From the IMG/VR virus record IMGVR_UViG_3300022677_000027, positions 32,001 to 96,000 of that record: a stretch of 64,000 nt of DNA. The stretch is one strand, 5' to 3'. This document shows, piece after piece, positions 27,324 to 37,331 of this stretch; the first letter of the stretch is position 1, and the number at the start of each line of letters is the position of its first letter. The notes under the pieces are model-generated. The model saw only the letters and a program-made list of their open reading frames with translations. It was not told the origin of the DNA and did no database searches. Made by a program: the position numbers and the translations under genes. Source of the DNA: a virus (lineage: Duplodnaviria > Caudoviricetes).

Positions 27324-29408
27324 CTATATGTATGGAACGTGATTGGTTAGTGTAATTCGGCAATTCGGAACACCGTCCTCATCATCGTACAAGGCAATAA
27401 AGGGAAAGTCCGTCGTTATGATTTCCGGACCACCTGCAACTGGCGTTGTGCCGCTATATTTCAAATTCGGAAAATAGAGCTCTAAACAATACTTCTGATC
27501 ACTTGCTACCCCATCATCTGAGGTTATGTATTCGTCTGAAGTAAAGCAAAACTCCATTTCTGCAGCAACGCCATTTACAAACCTCCGATACAAATCAAGA
27601 TCGTCGAACTCAACTGTTATACTACCCTCCACCGCCATCTGCTGTTCTTTAAGGGCTTTGCGCTGTTTGTCTCCAAGTTCATATTTGTCGCCAAACAGAT
27701 TATTATTGATGGTAAAAGACAAACCCATAACAGGATGAGTGACACCATCCAGCGTAACCGATCCTTGCGCACCCACAAATTGATCCAAGGTAGAATAGGT
27801 TGCACTAGCGTTTTCGTCCTTAAAACTGTCAATGTACCAAATATCTCCGGCGTTGAGTGTAGATCCAACCGGGAACATCACTTCAAATCCAGTATCGATA
27901 TCTGTCGAACCATCATTGTACAGGAGATTGTGCCACTCGCCTTTAGTAATAGTCACTTCAGTACTAGGGTTTGTGAACGCAGAATCATTAGCGCCCTCAA
28001 ACCCAGTACCACCGGCTGCAATTCGAACCCAGAATCTAGTACTAACTCCTGCGTCTTGGCCGATGTAATCGCCCCGAAACAATGGAACAGCATCGGCATC
28101 CAGAGTGGTATCCCAATCAAATGTGTAACTTGTACTGCCGTCAATGGTTTGCGCACCGCCAGAATCGGCAATATCGCTGGAAGACCCTGCGTAGTTCGCA
28201 GCAGGCTTATGAACTATAGTGAACAGATCATTCGATTCCGTTGTCAAAAAGTCCACAAAACCACCTATAGTACTAACGTGGTGATAATAACCAGCATGAT
28301 CACATGTTCCTCTGGTTAAAACAAATTGGTAAAAATTACCATTATTGTCAGACAGAGTAAATAGACCAGTTGCAGAAGCAAAAGTAACCTGCACAGTTCC
28401 TGTGAGAATGGCACCGCTATAAAAAACTTCTATAATTGGAGCTTGCCATCCTGTATTACCACTATCAGCTACAGGATCACCTACAGTCGATGCTCCCTTT
28501 GACATAAAATTAACAGTACCAGTGACAAATTCACCAGGAGTTGCGGTAAGTCCAAGCGTATTGACTTTGGACCCATAATAATTGAAGGCCGCAACATCGC
28601 GCCCAACCTCAAGAGTGAGGCCTTCGGTGACTTCTGGCAAGTGGTCAAATGTTTCAATAGCGTGTTCGTAAACCCCATACTTATAAAAGATAGGAAAGAT
28701 TACAGTACTATTCCCAGCGTCGTCTTGGCCTATCTCCACAGTACTTAGCGCTTCTAGTCTATGGTTTGAGCCATCATAGATCGGATGGTTATTACTGGAG
28801 TGGCCATAATCATAGGTCCCAAGTGTATCCGTTGCACTGGTCTTGTTGGCATAATCATAACAAAAATACCCACTGCTAGCACCAGGAGAACTATCATTGA
28901 ACACACCATTACCATCTCCCCATGGAGCATAAGCAGTCCATCCTTCGGCAGCAGCAGCATTGATTGTGTCAATCAAGTCTTGGGCATTATTGCCATCTAC
29001 TCCCCAGGTGTGTGTCCAATCACCAGCCGCACCTCCGTCGGCTCGGATACTGGTCCCATCACACGTTATGGTATCGCCTGAAGCAGCATCATAAACAACA
29101 ATGCAAGCAATGTCCAATCGCCTCGTTCTTACTTTTCCAAGGCCATGTTTGAACATGGTTCCATAACCTTCTGGAGCCAGTTCAAATGCGATATCACCTC
29201 CGGCGGCTTCTGTGCCAATACGCTGCTTATGCACAGAACGATCGGTTCTTAGAGCCGCACTCACAAGATTGGTAAATTCGCTTACTATGCCCTCGGACGT
29301 GAATTCAAAAAAGTTAGCAGGAGGACTTTTCGGGTATCCCCATTTACTTTCTTCGGAATATCCGAGCTGTGCTTTCGCTCCTACGGCTGGTCCGATTGTA
29401 GTTACCAT
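27324..29408 (-). CDS. Major tail tube protein, paralogue 1, with large inserted domains
   Basis: Same tube motifs as 25169..27232 and collinear with it over the full length. Confidence 0.85.
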   Translation of the reverse strand: MVTTIGPAVGAKAQLGYSEESKWGYPKSPPANFFEFTSEGIVSEFTNLVSAALRTDRSVHKQRIGTEAAGGDIAFELAPEGYGTMFKHGLGKVRTRRLDIACIVVYDAASGDTITCDGTSIRADGGAAGDWTHTWGVDGNNAQDLIDTINAAAAEGWTAYAPWGDGNGVFNDSSPGASSGYFCYDYANKTSATDTLGTYDYGHSSNNHPIYDGSNHRLEALSTVEIGQDDAGNSTVIFPIFYKYGVYEHAIETFDHLPEVTEGLTLEVGRDVAAFNYYGSKVNTLGLTATPGEFVTGTVNFMSKGASTVGDPVADSGNTGWQAPIIEVFYSGAILTGTVQVTFASATGLFTLSDNNGNFYQFVLTRGTCDHAGYYHHVSTIGGFVDFLTTESNDLFTIVHKPAANYAGSSSDIADSGGAQTIDGSTSYTFDWDTTLDADAVPLFRGDYIGQDAGVSTRFWVRIAAGGTGFEGANDSAFTNPSTEVTITKGEWHNLLYNDGSTDIDTGFEVMFPVGSTLNAGDIWYIDSFKDENASATYSTLDQFVGAQGSVTLDGVTHPVMGLSFTINNNLFGDKYELGDKQRKALKEQQMAVEGSITVEFDDLDLYRRFVNGVAAEMEFCFTSDEYITSDDGVASDQKYCLELYFPNLKYSGTTPVAGGPEIITTDFPFIALYDDEDGVPNCRITLTNHVPYI

Positions 29409-29432
29409 AGTAAACCCCCTTACATATCAATG

Positions 29433-29798
29433 TTACTCTGTATGTTCTTTCTTGTCCTTGCCAAAAGTACTCTTCAAGAGGCCTTTTTTGCCAACACCGT
29501 CTTTTATTGTTTCGATTTTGTCCTCGACTGGCTTATCTTTTTTATCTTTTTCCGCCTCTTCTTTCTTTGGTTCGTCTAATTTTGGTTCTTGTTTCTCAGG
29601 TTCCTTCTTTTTCGCCTCCTCCTTTTTCGGAGCTGGCTTCTGTTTAGGAACTTCCTCCTGCTTAAAGCTATATATACTGCTAGCAGCCTTAAGCCTAATA
29701 GCCAGCCCGTCAGGAACACGTACCCATTCGGAACTACCAATATTCCTACCAACTAGCTGTACAAAAGTCGGAGGTCCATAGTTCTTTTTGACTAACAT
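29433..29798 (-). CDS. Lys/Glu-rich hypothetical protein
   Basis: GAGGTG SD. Typical small gene ahead of a tail tube gene. Confidence 0.7.
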   Translation of the reverse strand: MLVKKNYGPPTFVQLVGRNIGSSEWVRVPDGLAIRLKAASSIYSFKQEEVPKQKPAPKKEEAKKKEPEKQEPKLDEPKKEEAEKDKKDKPVEDKIETIKDGVGKKGLLKSTFGKDKKEHTE

Positions 29799-29856
29799 AA
29801 GCTCACCTCTCAGTGAAAGTTATAGTTGCTTTTCTTGTGGCTACCGAGACCTTTTA

Positions 29857-30339
29857 CTATGGGCAAGGGCTAGTTCCCTCTGTCTTACAGGTAATAACTG
29901 TTTGCTGGCGACCTACCACTATTAACCTAGCGCTCGCCAGCAAAAGATTAGCATTACGCCTTAGAGACCACGTGCAAGCACGTATATAGGCTCTAGTTGC
30001 CTTAAGCCAAGAATTCACAGATGCATTTTCCTGCATAACCTTGGTTAAATTCCAAGCAGCCCTCATAACATCGTTCCTTCGGGTGCCTGCTGTCATTTCT
30101 TCGTGATAATACCAAACCTCAGCCATAACGTCTACTTCAAACCTAGCAGTATTTCCAAGCGTTCTCCGTTGAAGCGTGGTGTTCATAATTCCAATAGCTA
30201 CACTAGGCATAGTGTCTATTAGCTGAACATCATCATCATAAACTTTCTTTATTCCCATTTCTCTGCGATTTTCATTGAACACAACCGCTAAATTGGCAAT
30301 AAAGTCTCCAACTAGATTATCTGTCTTAACTTCTGGCAT
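29857..30339 (-). CDS. Tail terminator/completion protein
   Basis: Position, size and the 'DTMPSVAIG' motif. ATG 30339 has a GGAGG SD and a TAATG overlap. Confidence 0.6.
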   Translation of the reverse strand: MPEVKTDNLVGDFIANLAVVFNENRREMGIKKVYDDDVQLIDTMPSVAIGIMNTTLQRRTLGNTARFEVDVMAEVWYYHEEMTAGTRRNDVMRAAWNLTKVMQENASVNSWLKATRAYIRACTWSLRRNANLLLASARLIVVGRQQTVITCKTEGTSPCP

Positions 30340-31847
30340 TAAGGCCTCCCAGCCCAATTAGCGAAGTGATCACTAACATATCCTTGCCAAGCTTTTTCGG
30401 CTCTTTCGCTGGCAGAGGCAAATATCTTTTTTTCTGCTTCTTCAAATTCACCCCATAATTCTGGGCTATACATACCGATTTCTTTTAATCTTGATTTCAC
30501 AGCCTCGCCAAAGCCATAAACTTCATACGTGGTCTCAGGCATTCCTTCTGCTGTGCTGCTATGCTTAATACGTATATCCCAGAAATCACTACGCAATCTC
30601 TCCACACTACCACTGGCAGCTTCTCTGGCTCTAGATTCCCGCCTTTCTGTGATATACATCTGCATTTCGCGCGAAGAAGGCGTATGTGGCATAAAATTAC
30701 GCATCTCGTCAACGGCTCGTTGGACAAGGTTTATTGAAGTAGTCAAAGAACCATAAAAACCGCGAATCTTATCAGCAGTCTGAGTTACGCTAATACCATA
30801 TTCAATGCGTCTTCCAGTGATATCTTCCTCGGTGTGTATAGCCGCTGGAGCAGCCGCTATGGTAGAAGCCCTTCTATACAAGCTGTCGGCAATTTGTCTT
30901 GCCTCCTTTAGATCGTTGGCATACTGGTCTAAAAAAGCTAGTATCTCAGAAGAACTCTCGGCTTGTTCTACTTGGGCAAGGTCAGATCTAATCATATACT
31001 GCATAGACTTCAATATTGAGCCAAGGCTGTCCAATTCCCTATGCTCTACCTCCAGCAACCCGCTCATTTCGGGGATAGCCTTAAAAGTTCCAACCAACTT
31101 TTCTATTGTTGGCAATTTATTCAATATCGCTGAGGCCACATTTCTGTACTGAACAATAGGGAGAGGAAGTGGTTTCGTAGAATCTTCTTCTTCAGATTTC
31201 GATGCTAATGATACCAACAGGTCTTGCATATGGGTGAGAATTAATTGCTCTTCAAAAATAGCGTCTGTAACTCTACTCCACAATTCTCTGTCTCCAAAAC
31301 ATCGAGCCACGAGTTTTTCAAAATCATTGATTGACTTTGAAAATTTCGTATCGTCAAACTCTACAGAGAATAGTGGCCCAATAGCACCAATACCTCTTGA
31401 TACCATGGCTTCGCGTACAGCCGCTTTATAAGGCTCATATTTAACTTCTGGCATTCTTTCTAATGCAGTTATGACGGCTCTTTCGGGAGAAGCTTGAGCA
31501 GCATTTATAAATTCTTGCAGCTCATCCATGACCATCTCTAAGCTCATTGGTTCTGTAATGCCTTCTCCTAAAAATTCCTTAATATCTATCCTTGCACCGG
31601 TCGGGCTAGTACTGTAAGTGCCTTTTTCCTTCGATATGGTCTGCCACGCCTGTTCTGCCTGATAGTAAGCGCCCATGCGCTGCTGCCAGGTTGCGATATC
31701 CAGAGCAATGGCATACCAATTCTCATGATCGGTAGGCTCGTAACCATACCTTCTAAATATCTCCTCCAAATCATCTACATGATCTAGAGCATCAAGAGAA
31801 GGAAGGTTTACACCTCTAGCACTTAATTCGTCACCGATACTTGGCAT
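30339..31847 (-). CDS. Hypothetical 502-aa helical protein in the neck module
   Basis: Long ORF, translationally coupled on both sides. No motif recognised. Confidence 0.75.
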   Translation of the reverse strand: MPSIGDELSARGVNLPSLDALDHVDDLEEIFRRYGYEPTDHENWYAIALDIATWQQRMGAYYQAEQAWQTISKEKGTYSTSPTGARIDIKEFLGEGITEPMSLEMVMDELQEFINAAQASPERAVITALERMPEVKYEPYKAAVREAMVSRGIGAIGPLFSVEFDDTKFSKSINDFEKLVARCFGDRELWSRVTDAIFEEQLILTHMQDLLVSLASKSEEEDSTKPLPLPIVQYRNVASAILNKLPTIEKLVGTFKAIPEMSGLLEVEHRELDSLGSILKSMQYMIRSDLAQVEQAESSSEILAFLDQYANDLKEARQIADSLYRRASTIAAAPAAIHTEEDITGRRIEYGISVTQTADKIRGFYGSLTTSINLVQRAVDEMRNFMPHTPSSREMQMYITERRESRAREAASGSVERLRSDFWDIRIKHSSTAEGMPETTYEVYGFGEAVKSRLKEIGMYSPELWGEFEEAEKKIFASASERAEKAWQGYVSDHFANWAGRP

Positions 31848-32674
31848 TAACTCCCACCCTCCAAGTTGTTTTGGAAAACGTCATATTCAACATCCTGAGT
31901 ATCTACTTCGCCATGTTCATCACCCACAGCAAGACCAATCCCTTCGGCTTCCTTAACGCCAGCATGGTCAAACAATGGCTTTCTAGCAACAAACCTAGGA
32001 ATATGGATAGCACCATATGTAAGTCGGCCTGGTATGGTTTCCAGATAAGCACTTATCAAATTGGAGCCTATCCTATACCAGCGATTTACAAACTCCGGTA
32101 TATCAGATTGATTAGTAGGCGTGTATACGCTAGACCAAATCAAAAAGGCAGCAATGTAAGCAGTACCAGTGTTGACCTTTTCAGGTATGGACTGAGTATA
32201 TGGAGTATAATCACTGCCAATCAATTCCTGAACTATGCTATTGGCAATTTCCTCAGCATCTGATATAAAGGCTTCTCCATCTTCATTGCTAATATTAGAT
32301 TCAGTTTCAAAAGAAAAATAATCACTAGCTGCAAAAGTACCGACCCAATGCGATGACTTAATGGTAATGATGCCAGAACTAGATATAAAGGTAGAACCAA
32401 CAACACCACTTCCATCAACCGTCAGTTCATCCTCTCCTCTATATAAAGTAAATGCTGTAGAAGAAGTAAACTGCACTTTCCATCTTTCATAACCAACATA
32501 ATTGTCAGCTATGTCTACACCTAATAACATGCCAGTACCCGTGTTATCTCTAAATTTCTTTGGCAAAGTATGCGATTCAGAGAATTTTATTTTCTGTTGC
32601 ACAGACGGGTCAGTACTGACACTGCGCATAACACGCTTCACTTTATCTAGCGATGTGTAGTCATATCTTGACAT
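31847..32674 (-). CDS. Head-tail adaptor (Mu gp36-like) with an inserted beta domain
   Basis: YTSLDKVK N-terminus and FISDAEEIANSIV...YTPY...IP...TAYIAAF. Lies after the capsid gene. Confidence 0.6.
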   Translation of the reverse strand: MSRYDYTSLDKVKRVMRSVSTDPSVQQKIKFSESHTLPKKFRDNTGTGMLLGVDIADNYVGYERWKVQFTSSTAFTLYRGEDELTVDGSGVVGSTFISSSGIITIKSSHWVGTFAASDYFSFETESNISNEDGEAFISDAEEIANSIVQELIGSDYTPYTQSIPEKVNTGTAYIAAFLIWSSVYTPTNQSDIPEFVNRWYRIGSNLISAYLETIPGRLTYGAIHIPRFVARKPLFDHAGVKEAEGIGLAVGDEHGEVDTQDVEYDVFQNNLEGGS

Positions 32675-32677
32675 AGG

Positions 32678-33061
32678 CTATGTTTGGAGCTTATACAAAT
32701 AATCCTCCAACCTTTCACGCGGAAAAGACGAAGCGGCTTTTCTACTAAAACCATGGTCGTAAACGAGTTTTTTGATTATCTCAAAATCACTCATTTTTTC
32801 GATATCTTCGAGCTCGAGTTTCGTTTTGCCGCCATTATCGCCGGTCGGCATTGGAACAAATTTGCAGCAGATAATGTGTCTCTTTTTCTCTCTGTGATAA
32901 TATTTCGTACGATTTTCAGCCAACTCAATCAGGTGGGGCGTGGGGTCTTTTTCAATATCGCCCTCCCGGTAGATTTTAGCAGCATGTGTTAAGCCATCAT
33001 AGAGAATTTGTACAGCTCTTTTTGGCTTTTCTGCCACCTTATTGCTGTCTTTCTTTGCCAT
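32678..33061 (-). CDS. Hypothetical protein after the major capsid gene
   Basis: GAGGAG SD, 127 aa. Confidence 0.7.
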   Translation of the reverse strand: MAKKDSNKVAEKPKRAVQILYDGLTHAAKIYREGDIEKDPTPHLIELAENRTKYYHREKKRHIICCKFVPMPTGDNGGKTKLELEDIEKMSDFEIIKKLVYDHGFSRKAASSFPRERLEDYLYKLQT

Positions 33062-33130
33062 TTTAAACTCCTCTCTTTTATCAGTTTGTAAAAAGCCTCA
33101 TTAGCCACAAGAAAAGCGAACAATTACAGA

Positions 33131-34369
33131 TTAGGCGACCGTAGCAACGATCCAACCGCGACGCCTATAGACCACGCCAAGAGCATTGACACCAGTGATG
33201 ATCTCTATCTGCTTCGGGTCTTTCTGGATAAACATGGTCTCAGCAAACTTGCCCGGTCTCGGATTGGTCAAGCTACCAAGCCCATATACAGAATCAACAC
33301 TCACAATCTCGCCCTTATTGCCGCTACCAGCCGGAAACTGCAATTCAATAATAAACACATTGTCCGGCAGGAAAGTTTTGTAAGAGCGAACCATAGAATT
33401 GGCAGAAAAAGATGCCAAGGTCTTTGAGTCAATTGTGATGGTGGTCCCAGAAGGAGCACCGTTGATTGTTGCATTGTCTTCATTAGTTTCATCGGCATTG
33501 GTGATGACAATTTCATCATTGTCCTCAAATCCTGTGGTGTCCTCAACGGTCAGTGTCGTTGTGGCTCCACCACCGGCTGCCGCCGTAAGCCAGGTAACTA
33601 CGTTGTATCCTTCATCGTACATCTCCATGGGATAGCTGCCAATATACGTCTTCATGATCTGCTCAAGCACGCTCTTGCTCATGAGACCAACATTGCCACC
33701 GCCAAACACACGGTCAATGAGAGAAAGAATACGAGCATTTTGGAAAAGATACATTTCTACCTTGCTATTATACCAGAATCTATATGGCTTGCCGCCAGTA
33801 CCGCGAGCCAGGCGAAGCCATGTCTGGATGTTTGTGATTGGATCCGCTGTAGCTGTATTGCTCCAAAGCGGAGATGCTGTGACCCGCATATGAGTCGGCA
33901 TATTGTACTGAACAGTATACTGGACTTTGTTGTTGTTGATAGTTACAGAGTCATTGACAACAGGTTGCCAACGTAACCACTCCATTCTGGTTTCGAGCCG
34001 AGTATTGAGATCCGCAACAATTTCGGCAATGAGCTCAGCAGCAGTGGCTCTCTGCTCAAGAGTTCCAAGTTTTCGCAGGGTTGTGACATCGGATTCACCT
34101 AGGACTGTTTTCTCACGAAAATGCCCAGGCTCAAACCTTTGCTGTCCTACGCCCCTACGATGCACCAACGGAGATTCTGCACCACGAGCAACGGCCTGTG
34201 TCATTCCACCAAGAGGCTTCTTGATATCCCACTCAATAACGGGACCAGGCTGCGTTACCAGCGGAAACATCTCAGCACCACGAAAAGTATCCGTGTCGGC
34301 GGGTATATCGTCAAGAACCTTCATCAGATACCGTGGTTGGAGTATAGAGCTGTTAACGAGTGCGTCCAT
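33131..34369 (-). CDS. Major capsid protein (lambda gpE-like family) with an inserted domain
   Basis: MTQAVARGAESP, RLETRMEWLRWQ, WSNTATADPITNIQ, YDEGY, FLPDNVFII, PGKF and QKDPKQ. GGAGGT SD. Confidence 0.9.
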   Translation of the reverse strand: MDALVNSSILQPRYLMKVLDDIPADTDTFRGAEMFPLVTQPGPVIEWDIKKPLGGMTQAVARGAESPLVHRRGVGQQRFEPGHFREKTVLGESDVTTLRKLGTLEQRATAAELIAEIVADLNTRLETRMEWLRWQPVVNDSVTINNNKVQYTVQYNMPTHMRVTASPLWSNTATADPITNIQTWLRLARGTGGKPYRFWYNSKVEMYLFQNARILSLIDRVFGGGNVGLMSKSVLEQIMKTYIGSYPMEMYDEGYNVVTWLTAAAGGGATTTLTVEDTTGFEDNDEIVITNADETNEDNATINGAPSGTTITIDSKTLASFSANSMVRSYKTFLPDNVFIIELQFPAGSGNKGEIVSVDSVYGLGSLTNPRPGKFAETMFIQKDPKQIEIITGVNALGVVYRRRGWIVATVA

Positions 34370-34478
34370 GTTTACCTCCTAAGATTGTTTAGTTTAAACC
34401 AGTCATAGGTTAATACAAAGTTATTGGTTTCTTAAATTCCATATCTTCTAAAAAAAATCATGCCGCCAATATCAATGT

Positions 34479-34910
34479 CTAGGCAAATTCCACATCTACA
34501 ACTTCAATGCGCCCAAGGGCCAATTCCCACTCAGCCTGGGAAATCTTTGCATTGTCCATATTGTTCCATTTCAACTTGCCATAATCAATGGAACAATCCT
34601 GGTATGCCTTAACAGGCTGATCCAAAAGGCTAGCATCTACAATGGTCTCTGCAAGCACCACCGCGTCCTTCATGCTTTGCTTAGTCCCAAGCTCACCGCC
34701 TGCGGTATTGACGGGCTCATAAGTCCCGTCGGATAGGTCGGTGCTAAGGGTCATAAGCAAACCCTTGGGAAGCTTAACTTCGCCGCTACCGTCGCCGTCG
34801 GAATCCCAGATAGACGTTGCGTCTACTGTAATGGAGATCAGCCGAAAGTCAGAACTTCTCAGAATCTCGCGATCCCATTCGGCGTTAGTCGTTGTGTATC
34901 CGGTTTGCAT
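34479..34910 (-). CDS. Head decoration-like protein 2
   Basis: Directly before the capsid gene. Contains ISITVD...LPKGLLM...GTYEP...VVLAE. Confidence 0.65.
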   Translation of the reverse strand: MQTGYTTTNAEWDREILRSSDFRLISITVDATSIWDSDGDGSGEVKLPKGLLMTLSTDLSDGTYEPVNTAGGELGTKQSMKDAVVLAETIVDASLLDQPVKAYQDCSIDYGKLKWNNMDNAKISQAEWELALGRIEVVDVEFA

Positions 34911-34935
34911 CTCATACCTCCTAGAATAGATTTAG

Positions 34936-35472
34936 TTATATCGTTGCTATGTTTAGCACACTACGAACATTGCGCAATTCGCCACTGTCCTTATAGTGTA
35001 TCTCCATGAAAGAAGGAATAAGAGTAATCCTATAAGACAACATTTTTAGCTGATCTTCGGTTAATTCCACGTTAGACTTGTTATTGTAAAAACAAAAAAC
35101 CTCTTTCAAATTACAAGTCCAATAGGCAGGAAGAATTTGGTCTATGGCATCTTGATATTTCTTCACGCCTTTGGTCTCGACCGTCGTGATCAACACCTCT
35201 CGTGCAAGAACAACTACGTCTTTCATAAATTGAGTTGGCATAGCCCCATTTAAGCAACCGTCAGCCGTACTCAGAGGCTCGTATTTGCCATCAATGCGCT
35301 TGGCTAATAATAACCCCTTACGTAGCGTAGTGGAGGGGCTATTCTCGCTATCACGGGAATCCTTATCTAAGGTAATACTAATTACCTTATAAGTTCCATC
35401 GAAAAGAATATCACTATCGTAATAGCGAGACTGGACCCCAAAGCCACTGGCTACTCTATTTTGCTGAGCCAT
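34936..35472 (-). CDS. Head decoration-like protein 1
   Basis: ISITLD...TLRKGLLLAK...GKYEP...MKDVVVLARE. Paralogous to 34479..34910. Confidence 0.65.
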   Translation of the reverse strand: MAQQNRVASGFGVQSRYYDSDILFDGTYKVISITLDKDSRDSENSPSTTLRKGLLLAKRIDGKYEPLSTADGCLNGAMPTQFMKDVVVLAREVLITTVETKGVKKYQDAIDQILPAYWTCNLKEVFCFYNNKSNVELTEDQLKMLSYRITLIPSFMEIHYKDSGELRNVRSVLNIATI

Positions 35473-35482
35473 TTACCAACTC

Positions 35483-36643
35483 CTAGGCGCTAGCTGTCTT
35501 CCGCCGACGTTGTTCCTCTAAGCTCTTCCTTTTGAGATTCATTTTTTCGAATGCTCGAGTAATACCCTCTTCCTCGGCTTCCTCGTCCAGTTCACCAGAC
35601 CTCTTTGTCCTTGTCACTTCGGTGAAATCCGCACGTTGCTCCTCCGGAATAGCTTCGAGCAATCTCCTGACAGCTTCGTCCATAGTGCATTCGACTTTAA
35701 TGGTCTTAGCTTTGTCGCCCTCACCATGCGTCTCAGTGAGCGCGATAACTTTCTTATCCGGCACGCTGGCAAGCATGATCTCTTTGGCTACCTCGACAAC
35801 GCCTCTATGATGACCATGCTCGGTCATGTATTCATTACACATGGACTCAACTTTTAACCTACGAGCTTCAGAAGCTGCCTTGACGTTGTCATCCTTGAGA
35901 GCTTTTACTTCGCCAGTAAGAGCCTTAATGGTTTCTTTCTGATTGGATAAAAGCTCACGCAATTCGTCAAGATCATCATCTTCCTCGTCGCGACCAAGCT
36001 TTCCCTCAAGAGCTTTGATCTTGCTCTGCAAGTCCTTGATAGTGCCCCGGGACTTACCTAGCTCTTCCTTGAGTTTATCCTCAGTCAAAGCTGGTTGTCT
36101 TTTCTTTGTGGGAGTGGGTTTCTTTTTCTTCTCCTTCTCCGGCTTCATTGTAAAAAGCTTGATTGAGTCGTCGTCAGGCATCTCAAACTCAATTTTCCTT
36201 AGACCATTGATAAACGGCCTATTCGTAAGAGCTCCACCCATCAGGACAGGGCCATGGGTTTCTCCTGATTCTGGATCCTCATAATCCTCATCATACTCTA
36301 CGCTGAAGTACCCATATTCGCCACCTTCAACGCTTTCCTTTCCTTTCTTGGTGAACTCCACCGAACCGACCAGGACGTCATCAATTATCGATAACCCTCT
36401 CAGCCAAGCAGAGGCTTCCTTACGGTCGTGATTCCAATCAAAGCTCACGTCCCTATTGAGAGTATTGTTCTCAAAATTGTCAACGAGGCTTTGCAGAAAA
36501 TCAAGAGAAATGTCAAGATCGCCATATTTGGGATGGTCGAACTTGCCGACTCTCAACATCTCAATTTCGACGAGATTTTCATCGCCGACATCGGTGAGTT
36601 CAGTGTCAAACGGAACAAAACTGAAAAACTTTTTTGGGTCCAC
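35483..36643 (-). CDS. Prohead protease/scaffold (Mu gp32/I-like)
   Basis: FDWNH, ASAWL, VEFTKKG...GEYGYFSVEY and GPVLMGGALTNRPF, with a coiled-coil C-terminus. GTG start with an AAGGAGG SD. Confidence 0.9.
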   Translation of the reverse strand: MDPKKFFSFVPFDTELTDVGDENLVEIEMLRVGKFDHPKYGDLDISLDFLQSLVDNFENNTLNRDVSFDWNHDRKEASAWLRGLSIIDDVLVGSVEFTKKGKESVEGGEYGYFSVEYDEDYEDPESGETHGPVLMGGALTNRPFINGLRKIEFEMPDDDSIKLFTMKPEKEKKKKPTPTKKRQPALTEDKLKEELGKSRGTIKDLQSKIKALEGKLGRDEEDDDLDELRELLSNQKETIKALTGEVKALKDDNVKAASEARRLKVESMCNEYMTEHGHHRGVVEVAKEIMLASVPDKKVIALTETHGEGDKAKTIKVECTMDEAVRRLLEAIPEEQRADFTEVTRTKRSGELDEEAEEEGITRAFEKMNLKRKSLEEQRRRKTASA

Positions 36644-36667
36644 GACACTACCTCCTTGTCTAGTTGT

Positions 36668-37303
36668 TTATTGTTTTTCTTTCTTTTCGCCCTTTGTCTT
36701 TTTTCTACATTGGGCTTCCCATACACGATCGATCTTAGCTCGCAAAGACGGCGAAGCTTTCTTACCACTTCGTGCTCCAGCAGCCATTCGCTTTGCTGCC
36801 AAAACTCCACCACAGTTTATAGACCCATCAGGGTTTTTGTAGGGATATTTTTTGTTCTTGGGATCAAAGAAATGACTGGCAGGAACATCTTTACGTTTGG
36901 TAGGTGCGCTCCAAGATTCAACACCTTTCGCCAAGACATAAGCCTCGCGTTCTGCGAGATCTTCATCGGTTAGTCGCAACAACCCTCCACCACCCGGAGG
37001 ATCATACCCATCCGAAGCAAGTTTAAGCTCTTCAGGCAAACTCTCATCAAGAGCAGATTCAAAAATATCAAAGTAATGACCCCTTCCTTTGGCTACCATA
37101 TCAGCAACAATATCCTTATGTAGTTCTATGATATCATTTTCTGACGTCTTATAAACAGAATGGTCATCACTACCGTCCGACAAGAGGAAAGAAAGACCCT
37201 TACGTAAACGCCAAAGAAAGTGGATATCCTGATGAGCCTGACGAGAATCCATAGTGCCTATCGAGAGCTTCATCTCACCAAATGTTTTTGCACCATCTAA
37301 CAT
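36668..37303 (-). CDS. Hypothetical head-module protein
   Basis: GAGGAGG SD. The C-terminal KRKDVPASHFFDPKNKKYPY...DGSINCGGVLAA segment is of a type seen next to phage protease genes. Confidence 0.7.
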   Translation of the reverse strand: MLDGAKTFGEMKLSIGTMDSRQAHQDIHFLWRLRKGLSFLLSDGSDDHSVYKTSENDIIELHKDIVADMVAKGRGHYFDIFESALDESLPEELKLASDGYDPPGGGGLLRLTDEDLAEREAYVLAKGVESWSAPTKRKDVPASHFFDPKNKKYPYKNPDGSINCGGVLAAKRMAAGARSGKKASPSLRAKIDRVWEAQCRKKTKGEKKEKQ

Positions 37304-37331
37304 GCCGCCTCCTCAGTCGACCCCACTTCCA

